Origin: an uncultured Pseudomonadales bacterium
GTDB taxonomy: Bacteria > Patescibacteriota > Microgenomatia > UBA1400 > CAYXSR01
Assembly: GCA_964430265.1 (NCBI GenBank)
Contig: CAYSEI010000003.1
Span: forward strand, 65,070-129,069
Reading direction: 5' to 3'
DNA: 64,000 nt
The stretch's first letter is position 1. Each line of letters opens with the position of its first letter. The notes beneath the pieces were generated by a model. It saw only the letters and a list, made by a program, of their open reading frames with translations. It did no database searches and had not been told where the DNA came from. Below, one piece after another: positions 8,500 through 17,611 of the stretch. A program made the translations under genes and the position numbers.

Positions 8500-11400
8500 T
8501 TATTTTACCATTTGTACCACAAACAGTTTATCTTTATCCAACTGTTCTTGGTATGAAACTTTTCCTTTTTCTAACTTTCCACCAGGCGAAAGTTTACTAA
8601 CTTGAACATTTTTGGGGTACGAAATTTCCAATTTTACGGGAACATTATTTACTCCCGGCTGCTTTTGCCAGTAGAATTGATAGGTTGCTATATTTTTTTC
8701 AAATTTAATATCTTTTAACTGATATTTTATTTTTAAATATTTTTCATTGCCTACCGGTACATTTAACAAAAAGCCATAACCTTTATAAAAATATTCATTT
8801 GTAATATCAAATTCTTCTTCTGCAATTTTTTCTAGATCAATTGTTGAATTACCTATCCAGATTCCTTCAAGCTTTGCTAAAGAAGGGATAAATATGCGCA
8901 TATAGTTCTTATAGTCCCCTGCTGGCCAACTTTGTTTTTGCGCTTGGTTATTAAAAACAATATTTACTTGTTTTTCCACACTGTTATCCGCGTTTATTTT
9001 AATATTTTGATCAATATTTCTTTTAACATAAAAATTTGCTTTGTTAATTCCCATATTAGCTTCAACTAGCATAAGAAAATCTGAGTAAGTATTTTGCATA
9101 TTTTTTTTAACAATTGCCGAGTCTCTCACTGATCCACGCATTACCCCTGCCCAACCGTTTTCTATTACAGAATCTAAAACTTTTTTGTCTTCAAAGCTTA
9201 ATAAAAGATTCTTTGTTGTTAAGGAATTACTAACAGCTCTCACCATGTTTTTGGTTTTGGTTATATCTGCCATTTTAAATTCATCAAACAAAACAGCTGT
9301 CGTTTCCATAAGAAAATTTTTACTGTCTTCAGAGTTGGGTGTAGCTTGTATATATCCAATTGCCCTTTCATCTATATTGCTTCCGGTAATCTGCTGCCCA
9401 TAAAAGGACGGCATTATTGGACCTGATTCATATAAGATGTTTTTAAGTATTTGCCAATCCAAAGCTATTGTGCCATCCATTTTTTTACCCAATCCTTTTT
9501 CTACAAACCATTGGGCTTGCTCTGCATTTATACGAAAATCAGGACTCCAATTTGAATCTCTCAAATACCATGAGTCCTCTCCTAAATGTTCTTTTAGTTG
9601 CCTTGGAGGATCTATTTTACCGGAAATGTTTTTGTCAATTTTGTAAGTATCAAACAACTGGAAGTCCAAAAATTTTCCATTTTCAAAGGTTAATAAACCA
9701 ACTCCGCTTATATATCCACCACCAGGACGTATTTCCATATTATCTTGGAAAAGGACTAAATATACTTTTTTACCTTGATAAGCAAAAACTTTTGAGAGTT
9801 CATTTATAAATTTGCTTGATTTTTGTAATTGTAGTCTTTTTTGGGCAACGACTTTTTTATATTCAGATCCTTCATTAAATACCCAGGGCAGAAAATTCCT
9901 AATTACTTTTGTTTGGTATTCATCCTTTTTGCCCAAGCTGCTTTCAATCAGTCCTAACTGGTTATACAAATTTTCAATTCCTGTCTTAATATTGTCTGTA
10001 AGAGAAATTAAATCCCCCTGTTTATTATTAAATACAATTTCTTTATATTGAAATATTTCTTCAGCTAGTTCATTTTCATCTTTGTACAATTCGATATATG
10101 TTTTTGCATCAAGATAATATTTTGACAAGTCATTAATTATCTTCAAGTTGTTAATTGGAGTTAGATTACGTGAGATCGTAAACAAAATATTTTGTCCTCT
10201 TTGTATTTCAATATTTGCTTGACTTAAATTTGCGCTTATTTCCTCTTTATCCAATTTTAACTGCCCCTTCTTAATATTTTCAATTCTTTTTGCACTTTTA
10301 AACGAATAATAGCCCAGAATTAGAACAGGAGATAAAAGAATAGTTGTTGTTAAAATAAAGATTAATATAAACTTTAAGAATTTAAAGTGTGATTTTCTAA
10401 CCTTTCCTTGTTTTTTATTTATACTTGTATTTTCTTTTTTTTCATCTGTATTTTCTTCTTTTTTCTTTCCTTTTATTCTTTGCATATTTTTATTACTGTT
10501 GTTTATTGTAAAATCAGTACTCGATTCTTTAATTTGATTTGTTTTTTCTTTTTTTTCAAGTTTATTTTCACTTTTTAAAACCTGTTCTTTTGTTTGCTTT
10601 TCAATTGGTTCCTGTCCATTAATATAATTTTCCCTAATTGATCCCATTTCTTCTGAATCTTTATCTTTTTCTAGTTTTTTTTGTGCTTTGGGTTCTTGCG
10701 TATTTCTTTCTATAAAAGTTCCCACGTTCTGACTTGAATAATCTTCTATATTTTCTTTGTTTTGCTGTACGGTTTCTCCTTTTTTAACATCTTTTGTTAA
10801 AGATTCCTCGACCAATGGTTTTTCCTTGTCTAAACTATTATTAGTTATTGGTTGTCTTTGTTCCTCATGTTTTTTTTGAGCATCATTTGTTCTTACTTTT
10901 ACTTGATTAGTTTCTTGTCTTATTTTATCTTTGTTTTTTTCTGGAATTGTATTAAGATATTCTTTGTTTTTCCGTATCCAGTTAATTGTTTTAAGAAAAC
11001 CTGTTTCAATATCAATCTGTGGTTTCCAATTTAAAAGATGTTGAGAAACCAAAATGTCCTCTTCATCCGGGTTGCTGCCTGTTTCTGTTTTTTCTGCGTA
11101 TTCTATTTCCAATTCTTTTTCTTGGTGTAGATCTTGAATTTTTTTTGCTAATTCACTTAATGTGTACTTATTCAATGAGCCCAAAGTGTATATCTTCCCG
11201 CCGGAATCACTGGAAAACATAGCCTTTAAAAGACCTAAAACAAGATCCTGAATATAAATAGGGTAGACAACTTCTTTCCCTTTTCCCTTTATCAAAATTT
11301 TGTTTTCTGAAGCAATTTTAGAAAATAATCCCTTTGTTAAATCTCCACTGCCAAGATTCATTCCTGGTCCATAAACATCAAAAAGTCTAGCAATCCTTAC

Positions 11401-11949
11401 ATTAACACCGTAATTATTATAATATTGCATTGCTAAAGACTCAGAAAACCGCTTTGCCTCTCCCAAATTAAACATTTCTACCATCTCATTCCCAAAATAG
11501 CTGCTAAGCTCTCTTTTGGTTACTTGTCCTTGAAAAACAGCCAAAGAGGAACCTAATAATAATTTTGCTTTTTTTTCACGCACAAGCTCCAAAAGGTTGT
11601 ATGTTCCTAAAGAATTAACTAAAACAGTATCCAAACTATGAGATTTTTGTCCGTGAAGAAAGTCAAGTCCGGCTAAATGAAAAACGTAATCAAAAGAGGG
11701 AAGTGAAAGACTGTTTAAAGATGTTTTTACATCGTGCTCAATGAAGTTAAAGTTGCTTTTCGCCTGTAAATCACTAATATTATTTTTTGTTCCCGATGTT
11801 AAATTATCCAAACAAAAAACAATACAATTTTGGTCCAACAACAATCTGCACAAACTAGAACCAATAAATCCTGCTCCACCGACAATTAAAACTTTGGATT
11901 CCTGATTTTCAATTTTGGTTTCTTTTCGATATCTTTTCGTTTTTTGCAT
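8500..11949 (-). CDS. NAD-dependent epimerase/decarboxylase-like domain, disordered linker, TM and DUF4012-like extracellular domain
   Basis: GGAGFIGS, DNLTSG, HLAG, VYGP at N-terminus; YLVLFQDNMEIRPGGG, RDSNWSPDF, NKAN, QKQPG at C-terminus. Confidence 0.85.
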   Translation of the reverse strand: MQKTKRYRKETKIENQESKVLIVGGAGFIGSSLCRLLLDQNCIVFCLDNLTSGTKNNISDLQAKSNFNFIEHDVKTSLNSLSLPSFDYVFHLAGLDFLHGQKSHSLDTVLVNSLGTYNLLELVREKKAKLLLGSSLAVFQGQVTKRELSSYFGNEMVEMFNLGEAKRFSESLAMQYYNNYGVNVRIARLFDVYGPGMNLGSGDLTKGLFSKIASENKILIKGKGKEVVYPIYIQDLVLGLLKAMFSSDSGGKIYTLGSLNKYTLSELAKKIQDLHQEKELEIEYAEKTETGSNPDEEDILVSQHLLNWKPQIDIETGFLKTINWIRKNKEYLNTIPEKNKDKIRQETNQVKVRTNDAQKKHEEQRQPITNNSLDKEKPLVEESLTKDVKKGETVQQNKENIEDYSSQNVGTFIERNTQEPKAQKKLEKDKDSEEMGSIRENYINGQEPIEKQTKEQVLKSENKLEKKEKTNQIKESSTDFTINNSNKNMQRIKGKKKEENTDEKKENTSINKKQGKVRKSHFKFLKFILIFILTTTILLSPVLILGYYSFKSAKRIENIKKGQLKLDKEEISANLSQANIEIQRGQNILFTISRNLTPINNLKIINDLSKYYLDAKTYIELYKDENELAEEIFQYKEIVFNNKQGDLISLTDNIKTGIENLYNQLGLIESSLGKKDEYQTKVIRNFLPWVFNEGSEYKKVVAQKRLQLQKSSKFINELSKVFAYQGKKVYLVLFQDNMEIRPGGGYISGVGLLTFENGKFLDFQLFDTYKIDKNISGKIDPPRQLKEHLGEDSWYLRDSNWSPDFRINAEQAQWFVEKGLGKKMDGTIALDWQILKNILYESGPIMPSFYGQQITGSNIDERAIGYIQATPNSEDSKNFLMETTAVLFDEFKMADITKTKNMVRAVSNSLTTKNLLLSFEDKKVLDSVIENGWAGVMRGSVRDSAIVKKNMQNTYSDFLMLVEANMGINKANFYVKRNIDQNIKINADNSVEKQVNIVFNNQAQKQSWPAGDYKNYMRIFIPSLAKLEGIWIGNSTIDLEKIAEEEFDITNEYFYKGYGFLLNVPVGNEKYLKIKYQLKDIKFEKNIATYQFYWQKQPGVNNVPVKLEISYPKNVQVSKLSPGGKLEKGKVSYQEQLDKDKLFVVQMVK

Positions 11950-12043
11950 TAGGGCAGTATTTTTTCTTAACCTTCATGTGACAATGCTTATTTTTGTCTT
12001 AATAACAATAAATATAGGCTTTAAAAAATAATACTTTAATTAT

Positions 12044-12469
12044 TTAAAGCTTCTCTTTTTCCAGATCTAACGCCTCATTTAGAAGGCTGTCTGCTTCCGT
12101 GTTTTTTTCTCTTCTCACATGATGATAATAAATGTCAAAATTTGCTTGTTTTTCTAACCTTTTTATCTTCATTACCAAGGTTTGCAAATGATTGCTTTTG
12201 ATTTTATATTCTCCGTTTAACTGTTTAACCACTAATTGTGAATCTATGTAAAAATCAACTCTTTGTGGTTTTGCTTGAAGTTTATCCAACCAATGCCAAG
12301 CTAATAAAACACCGTTGTATTCTGCAACATTATTGGTTGTTTTTCCCAAAAAAATGTTTTCCTGGCCAATCCTTTTATTGTTCTGCGACTTGGCTACAAA
12401 TGCAGCTGCTGCTGGACCCGGATTGCCTCTTGAACCGCCGTCACTGTATATGGAAATTTTCTTGTACAT
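12044..12469 (-). CDS. rnhA: Ribonuclease HI (archaeal/actinobacterial type)
   Basis: DGGSRGNPGPA, TNNVAEY, DSQLV, HVRREKNTEAD. Confidence 0.95.
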   Translation of the reverse strand: MYKKISIYSDGGSRGNPGPAAAAFVAKSQNNKRIGQENIFLGKTTNNVAEYNGVLLAWHWLDKLQAKPQRVDFYIDSQLVVKQLNGEYKIKSNHLQTLVMKIKRLEKQANFDIYYHHVRREKNTEADSLLNEALDLEKEKL

Positions 12470-12472
12470 AAT

Positions 12473-12931
12473 TTATTTGGGCTCAACAATTAATCTCCGC
12501 TCGCCCTTTTCTCCTTCAGAACGGGTACTTACATTAGGATTGTCTGACAATGTGATATGAATAATTCTGCGTTCATATGGAGACAAATTTGCCAATACTA
12601 TTGGCCTGCCGCTCATTTCTACTTTGTGTGCTGTCTCTAATGCTTTTTCTGCAAGCCTTTTTTTTTGTTTTTCACGATAACCATCAACATCAAGAATGAT
12701 TTTTTGCCAATCTTCTGTTTCTTGATTTACTAAAAAGCGCAAAATTAATTGAAGAGAGTCTATTGTAACTCCGTGTCTTCCGATTAATAAGGCATTTTTT
12801 TCACCGCAGTTAATGCGCAAATGCCAATATTCATCTTTTTTTTCTAAATCAGCTTCCTGAATTTCAATACCTAATAAATTTAAAAGATTTTTTGTGTGTT
12901 TCTTAATTTTATTTTCAATCGTTTCCGCCAT
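12473..12931 (-). CDS. jag: Jag/KhpB KH-R3H RNA-binding protein
   Basis: LIGRHG..IDSLQ, ERRIIH, SEGE; next to yidC. Confidence 0.9.
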   Translation of the reverse strand: MAETIENKIKKHTKNLLNLLGIEIQEADLEKKDEYWHLRINCGEKNALLIGRHGVTIDSLQLILRFLVNQETEDWQKIILDVDGYREKQKKRLAEKALETAHKVEMSGRPIVLANLSPYERRIIHITLSDNPNVSTRSEGEKGERRLIVEPK

Positions 12932-13730
12932 TTTTTCTTGCCTCCATAATTAATTGTTGAATAACCATTACCAAGGAAAATGACAGCCAGTAGAGAACCA
13001 GACCCGAGGGAAAATTCAAACCGACTAAAAGCGTCATTACCGGCATCATATATAACATTTGCTTTTGCATAGCTGCTGCCATATCATCTTCTGCTTCTTT
13101 TGTTTTTTTTGCTTCTTGTTCAGCAACAGTTGCTTGTCCCATCATTTTTTTGGAATATAAAAATTGAGAGATTGATGCACCAATTAGAATTGGTCCGGGC
13201 AAATACTCTTTCATCCAAACAAAAACCCCAGAATTGGGAAGATTAATTAAATCACTTAGCTTATCAGGCTTTGTAAGCTCCAAATACAAAAACTTGGTAT
13301 TTATGCTAGTATCTTTAACAAGTTTTAATGCAGGGTAGAGGATATCATTTAATTTGGAAACAACATCTCCATCAACCTGTAAAGTTTGTCTAAATGCTTG
13401 AAAAAGAGCAATTAAAAGAACAATTCTAACTATTTGTGGAAGACATCCGGAAACAGGATTTACTCCGTGCTTTTTATATAGTTCAAGCTGTGCTTGGGAA
13501 AATTTTTGCGGATTCTCTTTGTGCTTTTTTTTAAGTTTATCAAGTTCTGGTTTTAGTTCCTTCATTTTTTTAGAAGCTTTTAGCGCGGGTAAAGTCAAAG
13601 GTAAAAGAAGTAATCTTATAAATATTGTCATGGCAATAATTGCCAAACCCAAATTGTGACCCAATAGTTTATAAAAAAGAATAAGTCCATTTACAAGCGG
13701 CTGATAAAGTAAAGTAAACCAAATATTCAT
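12915..13730 (-). CDS. yidC: Membrane protein insertase YidC
   Basis: IRLLLLP, LYKKHGVNPVSGCLP, GLVLYW. Confidence 0.95.
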   Translation of the reverse strand: MNIWFTLLYQPLVNGLILFYKLLGHNLGLAIIAMTIFIRLLLLPLTLPALKASKKMKELKPELDKLKKKHKENPQKFSQAQLELYKKHGVNPVSGCLPQIVRIVLLIALFQAFRQTLQVDGDVVSKLNDILYPALKLVKDTSINTKFLYLELTKPDKLSDLINLPNSGVFVWMKEYLPGPILIGASISQFLYSKKMMGQATVAEQEAKKTKEAEDDMAAAMQKQMLYMMPVMTLLVGLNFPSGLVLYWLSFSLVMVIQQLIMEARKNGGND

Positions 13731-13757
13731 ATTTACTATTTTAACAAATTTTACAAT

Positions 13758-13985
13758 TTAAGATACCGGATCTCTTCCCCCCTTGTTCCAAGGATTACAA
13801 CGAACAATCCGAAAAACACACTTAGGCACGCCTTTTATAATACCATATTGCTTAATTGCCTGCGCACAATAATTTGAACACGTGGGTTTAAAGCGGCAGG
13901 AATTATTCAAAAGACCAATTTTCAACAGTCTTTTTTTTATTTTCTGATATACATTAATTACAAAAAGCAGAAGGTTCCTAATCAT
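13758..13985 (-). CDS. yidD: Membrane protein insertion efficiency factor
   Basis: [23 protein letters not shown]. Confidence 0.95.
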   Translation of the reverse strand: MIRNLLLFVINVYQKIKKRLLKIGLLNNSCRFKPTCSNYCAQAIKQYGIIKGVPKCVFRIVRCNPWNKGGRDPVS

Positions 13986-14305
13986 TTAATTTTATTAACT
14001 AAACTATCAAAGCTTTCTTTAATTTGATTTTGTTTTTGCCCAATTATTTCTTTTTTTGCAAGAATTACTGCATTAATTTTTATTTCTTCTTTATCTAATT
14101 TCTTTCTTAGTGCTTCTCTAATTAATCTTTTTATTTTGTTTCTTTCAACTGCTTTTTTACTTACTTTTTTTGGGCAAATTATTGTAAATTTGGAATTTCC
14201 ATTTAATTCATAATAAATTTTTAAAAGAGATGATTCCTTTTTAGTTCCTTTTTTTAAAATATTGGGAATTTTACTTCCAGGAAGCCTGTTTTTCTTTGAA
14301 AGCAT
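13982..14305 (-). CDS. rnpA: RNase P protein component
   Basis: [17 protein letters not shown] motif; canonical position. Confidence 0.93.
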   Translation of the reverse strand: MLSKKNRLPGSKIPNILKKGTKKESSLLKIYYELNGNSKFTIICPKKVSKKAVERNKIKRLIREALRKKLDKEEIKINAVILAKKEIIGQKQNQIKESFDSLVNKIK

Positions 14306-14334
14306 TTGCCTCTTTTCTTTTTTAAAGTCAAAGG

Positions 14335-14484
14335 TTATTTGTGTTTTTTTACAGGAGTTAGTTTTTTCCTGCCTTTATTGCGGCGTCTTTTTAGGATTTT
14401 TTTCTTGCTTCCTTTTCTTCGGCTCCTAAATCCGTGTTTTTTTGCTCTCTTTTTTTTACTTGGTTGGTATGTTCTTTTTGGCAT
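14335..14484 (-). CDS. rpmH: 50S ribosomal protein L34
   Basis: MPKRTYQPS..KRAKKHGFR; ATG at 14484. Confidence 0.95.
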   Translation of the reverse strand: MPKRTYQPSKKKRAKKHGFRSRRKGSKKKILKRRRNKGRKKLTPVKKHK

Positions 14485-14534
14485 AGTATTAAGTAGTATA
14501 ACACAGCACAGGCCAATCTGTAAATAAACGAGTT

Positions 14535-14689
14535 TTATTAACAATTGTGGATTACTATTCTCTATTTTATTATATGTTTGTAATTATTTGTCTATAATAG
14601 TTAATTTATAACAGAGAAAGATCAGGCAATACTTCTATATTCAAGTTTACAAAAATACACGCAACTAATACTTGACTAATTGTGGAAAA
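14535..14689. promoter_or_regulatory. DnaA boxes upstream of dnaA
   Basis: TTATTAACA 14535, TGTGGATTA 14546, TGTGGAAAA 14681. Confidence 0.6.
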
Positions 14690-14754
14690 CTTTGTAGTTT
14701 AGAAGTAGTTATTTAATTTCTCCATTTTGTCCTCTGCCCAAAAAAGATAAACAC

Positions 14755-16140
14755 ATGGATAAACAAAAGCTTTGGAAATCGGTTTTAGAAGAACTACAAA
14801 TCTCTCTTTCTAAAGCTAGTTTTTCTGCTTGGTTTGCCCAAACTCAAATCTTGGATTTAAAAAACGGCGAAAAAAATTCACACCAAAAAATTGAAATTGG
14901 GGTACCAAACCCATTTGTAAAAGAAACAATTAAGAATAAGTACAATAATCAAATAAAAGAAATTTTGGATCGGATTACCAGAAAAAACAATCTCCTCAGT
15001 TTTACAATCAAAACTCACACCAAACAAGGAGAGAGTGATGAATTAGGTCCCCTTTTTAATAAAAAGAAAAAAACAGACAAAGAAAAAAAACACGATCCCA
15101 CAAAACGAGTAATTCAAAAATCAGGTTTAAAAGAGGATTATACTTTTAAAACTTTTGCCGTTTCTTCCACAAATGAAGCTGCTTATGCAGCTGCTGAAAG
15201 TGTTGCTAAAAATCCGGGAATGACATATCAGCTACTTTTTTTGTATGGCGGAGTAGGGGTAGGCAAAACACACTTAATGCATGCGATTGGACATCAAGTT
15301 ATTCAGGATGATCCCAAAACCAAGCTTGTTTACTGCACCGGAGAAGAATTTACCAATGAAATTATAGAAGCAATTCGAAAAAAAAGCACCTCAAACTTCA
15401 GAAGAAAATACCGGTCCGCAAAACTGTTATTAATTGACGACATCCAGTTTATTGGAGGGAAAGATGCAGTCCAAGAAGAATTTTTTCATACATTTAATAC
15501 TATTCACCGCGCAAAGGGTCAAATTATAATAACCAGCGACCGTGATCCTCACGAGATTAAAGGGCTTGAAGACCGTCTACGTTCACGCTTTGAAGGTGGT
15601 TTGGCAATTGATATTCAAAGACCAAACTTTGAACTCCGATCCGCTATTCTTTTAATTAAATCTAAACAAAGAAATATTCACCTGCCAATGGATGTTGCTC
15701 AATTAATTGCTGCCAATATTGAAAGCACCCGGGCCCTAGAAGGATTTTTAATGCGCTTAATAACTGAAGCCCAAAGACAAAACTCTCCAATTAATCCAGA
15801 AATGGCAAATGCCTTGCTAGGAAAAACAAAAAAAGAAAAAGCACAAAAAAAACACACTACTGCCAAGGATATAATGCGTCAAGTTTCCGACTTCTACGAC
15901 TTAAAAATAAAAGATCTCAAAGGAAAAAGAAGAAAAAAAGAGATTGTTGTTCCCAGACAAATTGCAATGTATTTATTGCGAACAGAAATGGGAGTTCCTT
16001 TTATGAAAATTGGAGATCTTTTTGGAGGAAGAGACCACACTACTGCAATGCACTCTGTGGAAAAAATAACCAATGAACTTTCTAACTCTGAGTCTTTAAG
16101 AGTAGACATTGCTGCTTTAAAGAAACAGTTATTCACATAA
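14755..16140 (+). CDS. dnaA: Chromosomal replication initiator DnaA
   Basis: GGVGVGKTHL, LLIDDIQF, RLRSRF, GGRDHTT. Confidence 0.99.
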   Translation: MDKQKLWKSVLEELQISLSKASFSAWFAQTQILDLKNGEKNSHQKIEIGVPNPFVKETIKNKYNNQIKEILDRITRKNNLLSFTIKTHTKQGESDELGPLFNKKKKTDKEKKHDPTKRVIQKSGLKEDYTFKTFAVSSTNEAAYAAAESVAKNPGMTYQLLFLYGGVGVGKTHLMHAIGHQVIQDDPKTKLVYCTGEEFTNEIIEAIRKKSTSNFRRKYRSAKLLLIDDIQFIGGKDAVQEEFFHTFNTIHRAKGQIIITSDRDPHEIKGLEDRLRSRFEGGLAIDIQRPNFELRSAILLIKSKQRNIHLPMDVAQLIAANIESTRALEGFLMRLITEAQRQNSPINPEMANALLGKTKKEKAQKKHTTAKDIMRQVSDFYDLKIKDLKGKRRKKEIVVPRQIAMYLLRTEMGVPFMKIGDLFGGRDHTTAMHSVEKITNELSNSESLRVDIAALKKQLFT

Positions 16141-16445
16141 ATGTGGAAAACTACGTGCATAAGTCCGTGGATAATTTTTCCAATTTTGTTAAAAAGTGGA
16201 TTTCTCTTTTTGGGTTTTCCACTTATCCAACTTTTTTAACAAGTTATTCCCATTTTATATCCACAAATCAATTAGATTAAATCCACACTAGTTGATTTAA
16301 AGTATGCCTGTATTTTCATTTTTTCCACGTTTCCACCGTGCCTATTACTACTACTACTGTATATTTACTATAAAGATAATACGAACGTTTTATATTTACG
16401 TATAAATTAAATAATTTTAATTGTTAAAAGTTTAATATTAAATAA
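16129..16445. other. oriC: DnaA-box cluster, DnaA-trio element and AT-rich unwinding region
   Basis: Many TTWTNCACA-like boxes (e.g. 16129, 16142, 16166, 16321, 16329), then GTGCC, CTATTACTACTACTACTG (16342-16359) and AT-rich DNA. Confidence 0.92.
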
Positions 16446-16485
16446 CCCCTAGCAAATAAACTTCAAAATTGTTAAAATATAAAAG

Positions 16486-17607
16486 ATGAAAGTAAAAGTC
16501 CTTCAGGAAAATCTAGCTAATAGCTTATCAACAGTCAGCAGAGTTGTTGGCAGCGGAACAAATCTTCCGATTTTGGAAAATATACTTTTAAGTGCAGAAG
16601 AAAAAGGTCTAATTGTATCTGCTACTGATTTGGAAACAGGAATTAGTGTTAGGGTACCAGCAAAAGTTGAGCAAAAAGGAAAACTAACTTTACCAGCAAA
16701 AAAAATAACTCAATTTATAGCTTCCCTTCCAGCAGAAAATGTATCCTTGGAAAAAAAAGGGGAAAAACTTGAAGTTGAGTGTCAAAACTTTGAAGCTACT
16801 TTTAACGGAATATCGGCTGAAGAGTTTCCAGAGCTTCCAAGTTTAAAAAACAAAAAGAAGCTTGAAAACGTGGAAGTTTTTAAAATGGATTCAGCTGTTT
16901 TTATATCAGCTATAGAAAAAGTTGTTTTTGCAGCAGCAGTGGATGAAAGTCGTCCGGTTTTGAACGGTGTAAGAATATCAAGCGAGGAAAATGGACTGCA
17001 AATGGTTGCAACTGATGGATATCGTTTGAGCATTGAAACAATTAAGATGGAAGACAAAATACGCCTACCTGAACTTCTAGTTCCGGGAAAAGCCTTAAAA
17101 GAATTAATAAGAATTTTCCCCAGCGATAAAGAGTTTAAAATTGCCTTAACCAGTAGGGAAAATCAAGTTATTTTTGAATTTGAAGATATTGAAATTGTTA
17201 CTCGCTTAATTGAAGGAGAATTTCCTCAGTTTGAAAAAATTATTCCGGAAGAAGGAAAAACAAAGGTAGTTATTGATAAAGAACCTTTGGAAAGGGCAAT
17301 TCGTGCTACAGCAATTTTTGCAAGGGAAAGTGCCAATATTATGAAAATGGAGTCTGACGAACAAAAAATTTATATTAGTTCCAATGCAGCACAAGTTGGT
17401 AAAAACAAGATTGAAATTGAGGTTGAAAAAGAAGGTCCAGAATTTGAAATTGCTTTTAACTGGCGCTTTTTACAGGATTTTTTAAATATTATAGAAAGCG
17501 AAAAAGTGAATTTTGAATTTAGTGGATCCTTAAAACCGGGAATATTTCGCTCGCAAAAAGATAAAGATTTTCTTCATGTAATTATGCCTGTACGCATTCA
17601 GGACTAA
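16486..17607 (+). CDS. dnaN: DNA polymerase III beta clamp
   Basis: ATDLE, SRPVLNG, ATDGYRL, RLIEGEFP, HVIMPVR. Confidence 0.98.
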   Translation: MKVKVLQENLANSLSTVSRVVGSGTNLPILENILLSAEEKGLIVSATDLETGISVRVPAKVEQKGKLTLPAKKITQFIASLPAENVSLEKKGEKLEVECQNFEATFNGISAEEFPELPSLKNKKKLENVEVFKMDSAVFISAIEKVVFAAAVDESRPVLNGVRISSEENGLQMVATDGYRLSIETIKMEDKIRLPELLVPGKALKELIRIFPSDKEFKIALTSRENQVIFEFEDIEIVTRLIEGEFPQFEKIIPEEGKTKVVIDKEPLERAIRATAIFARESANIMKMESDEQKIYISSNAAQVGKNKIEIEVEKEGPEFEIAFNWRFLQDFLNIIESEKVNFEFSGSLKPGIFRSQKDKDFLHVIMPVRIQD

Positions 17608-17611
17608 AAGA

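Noticed and set aside
16342-16359. (CTA)n microsatellite
   Set aside because: Better explained as the DnaA-trio element of oriC
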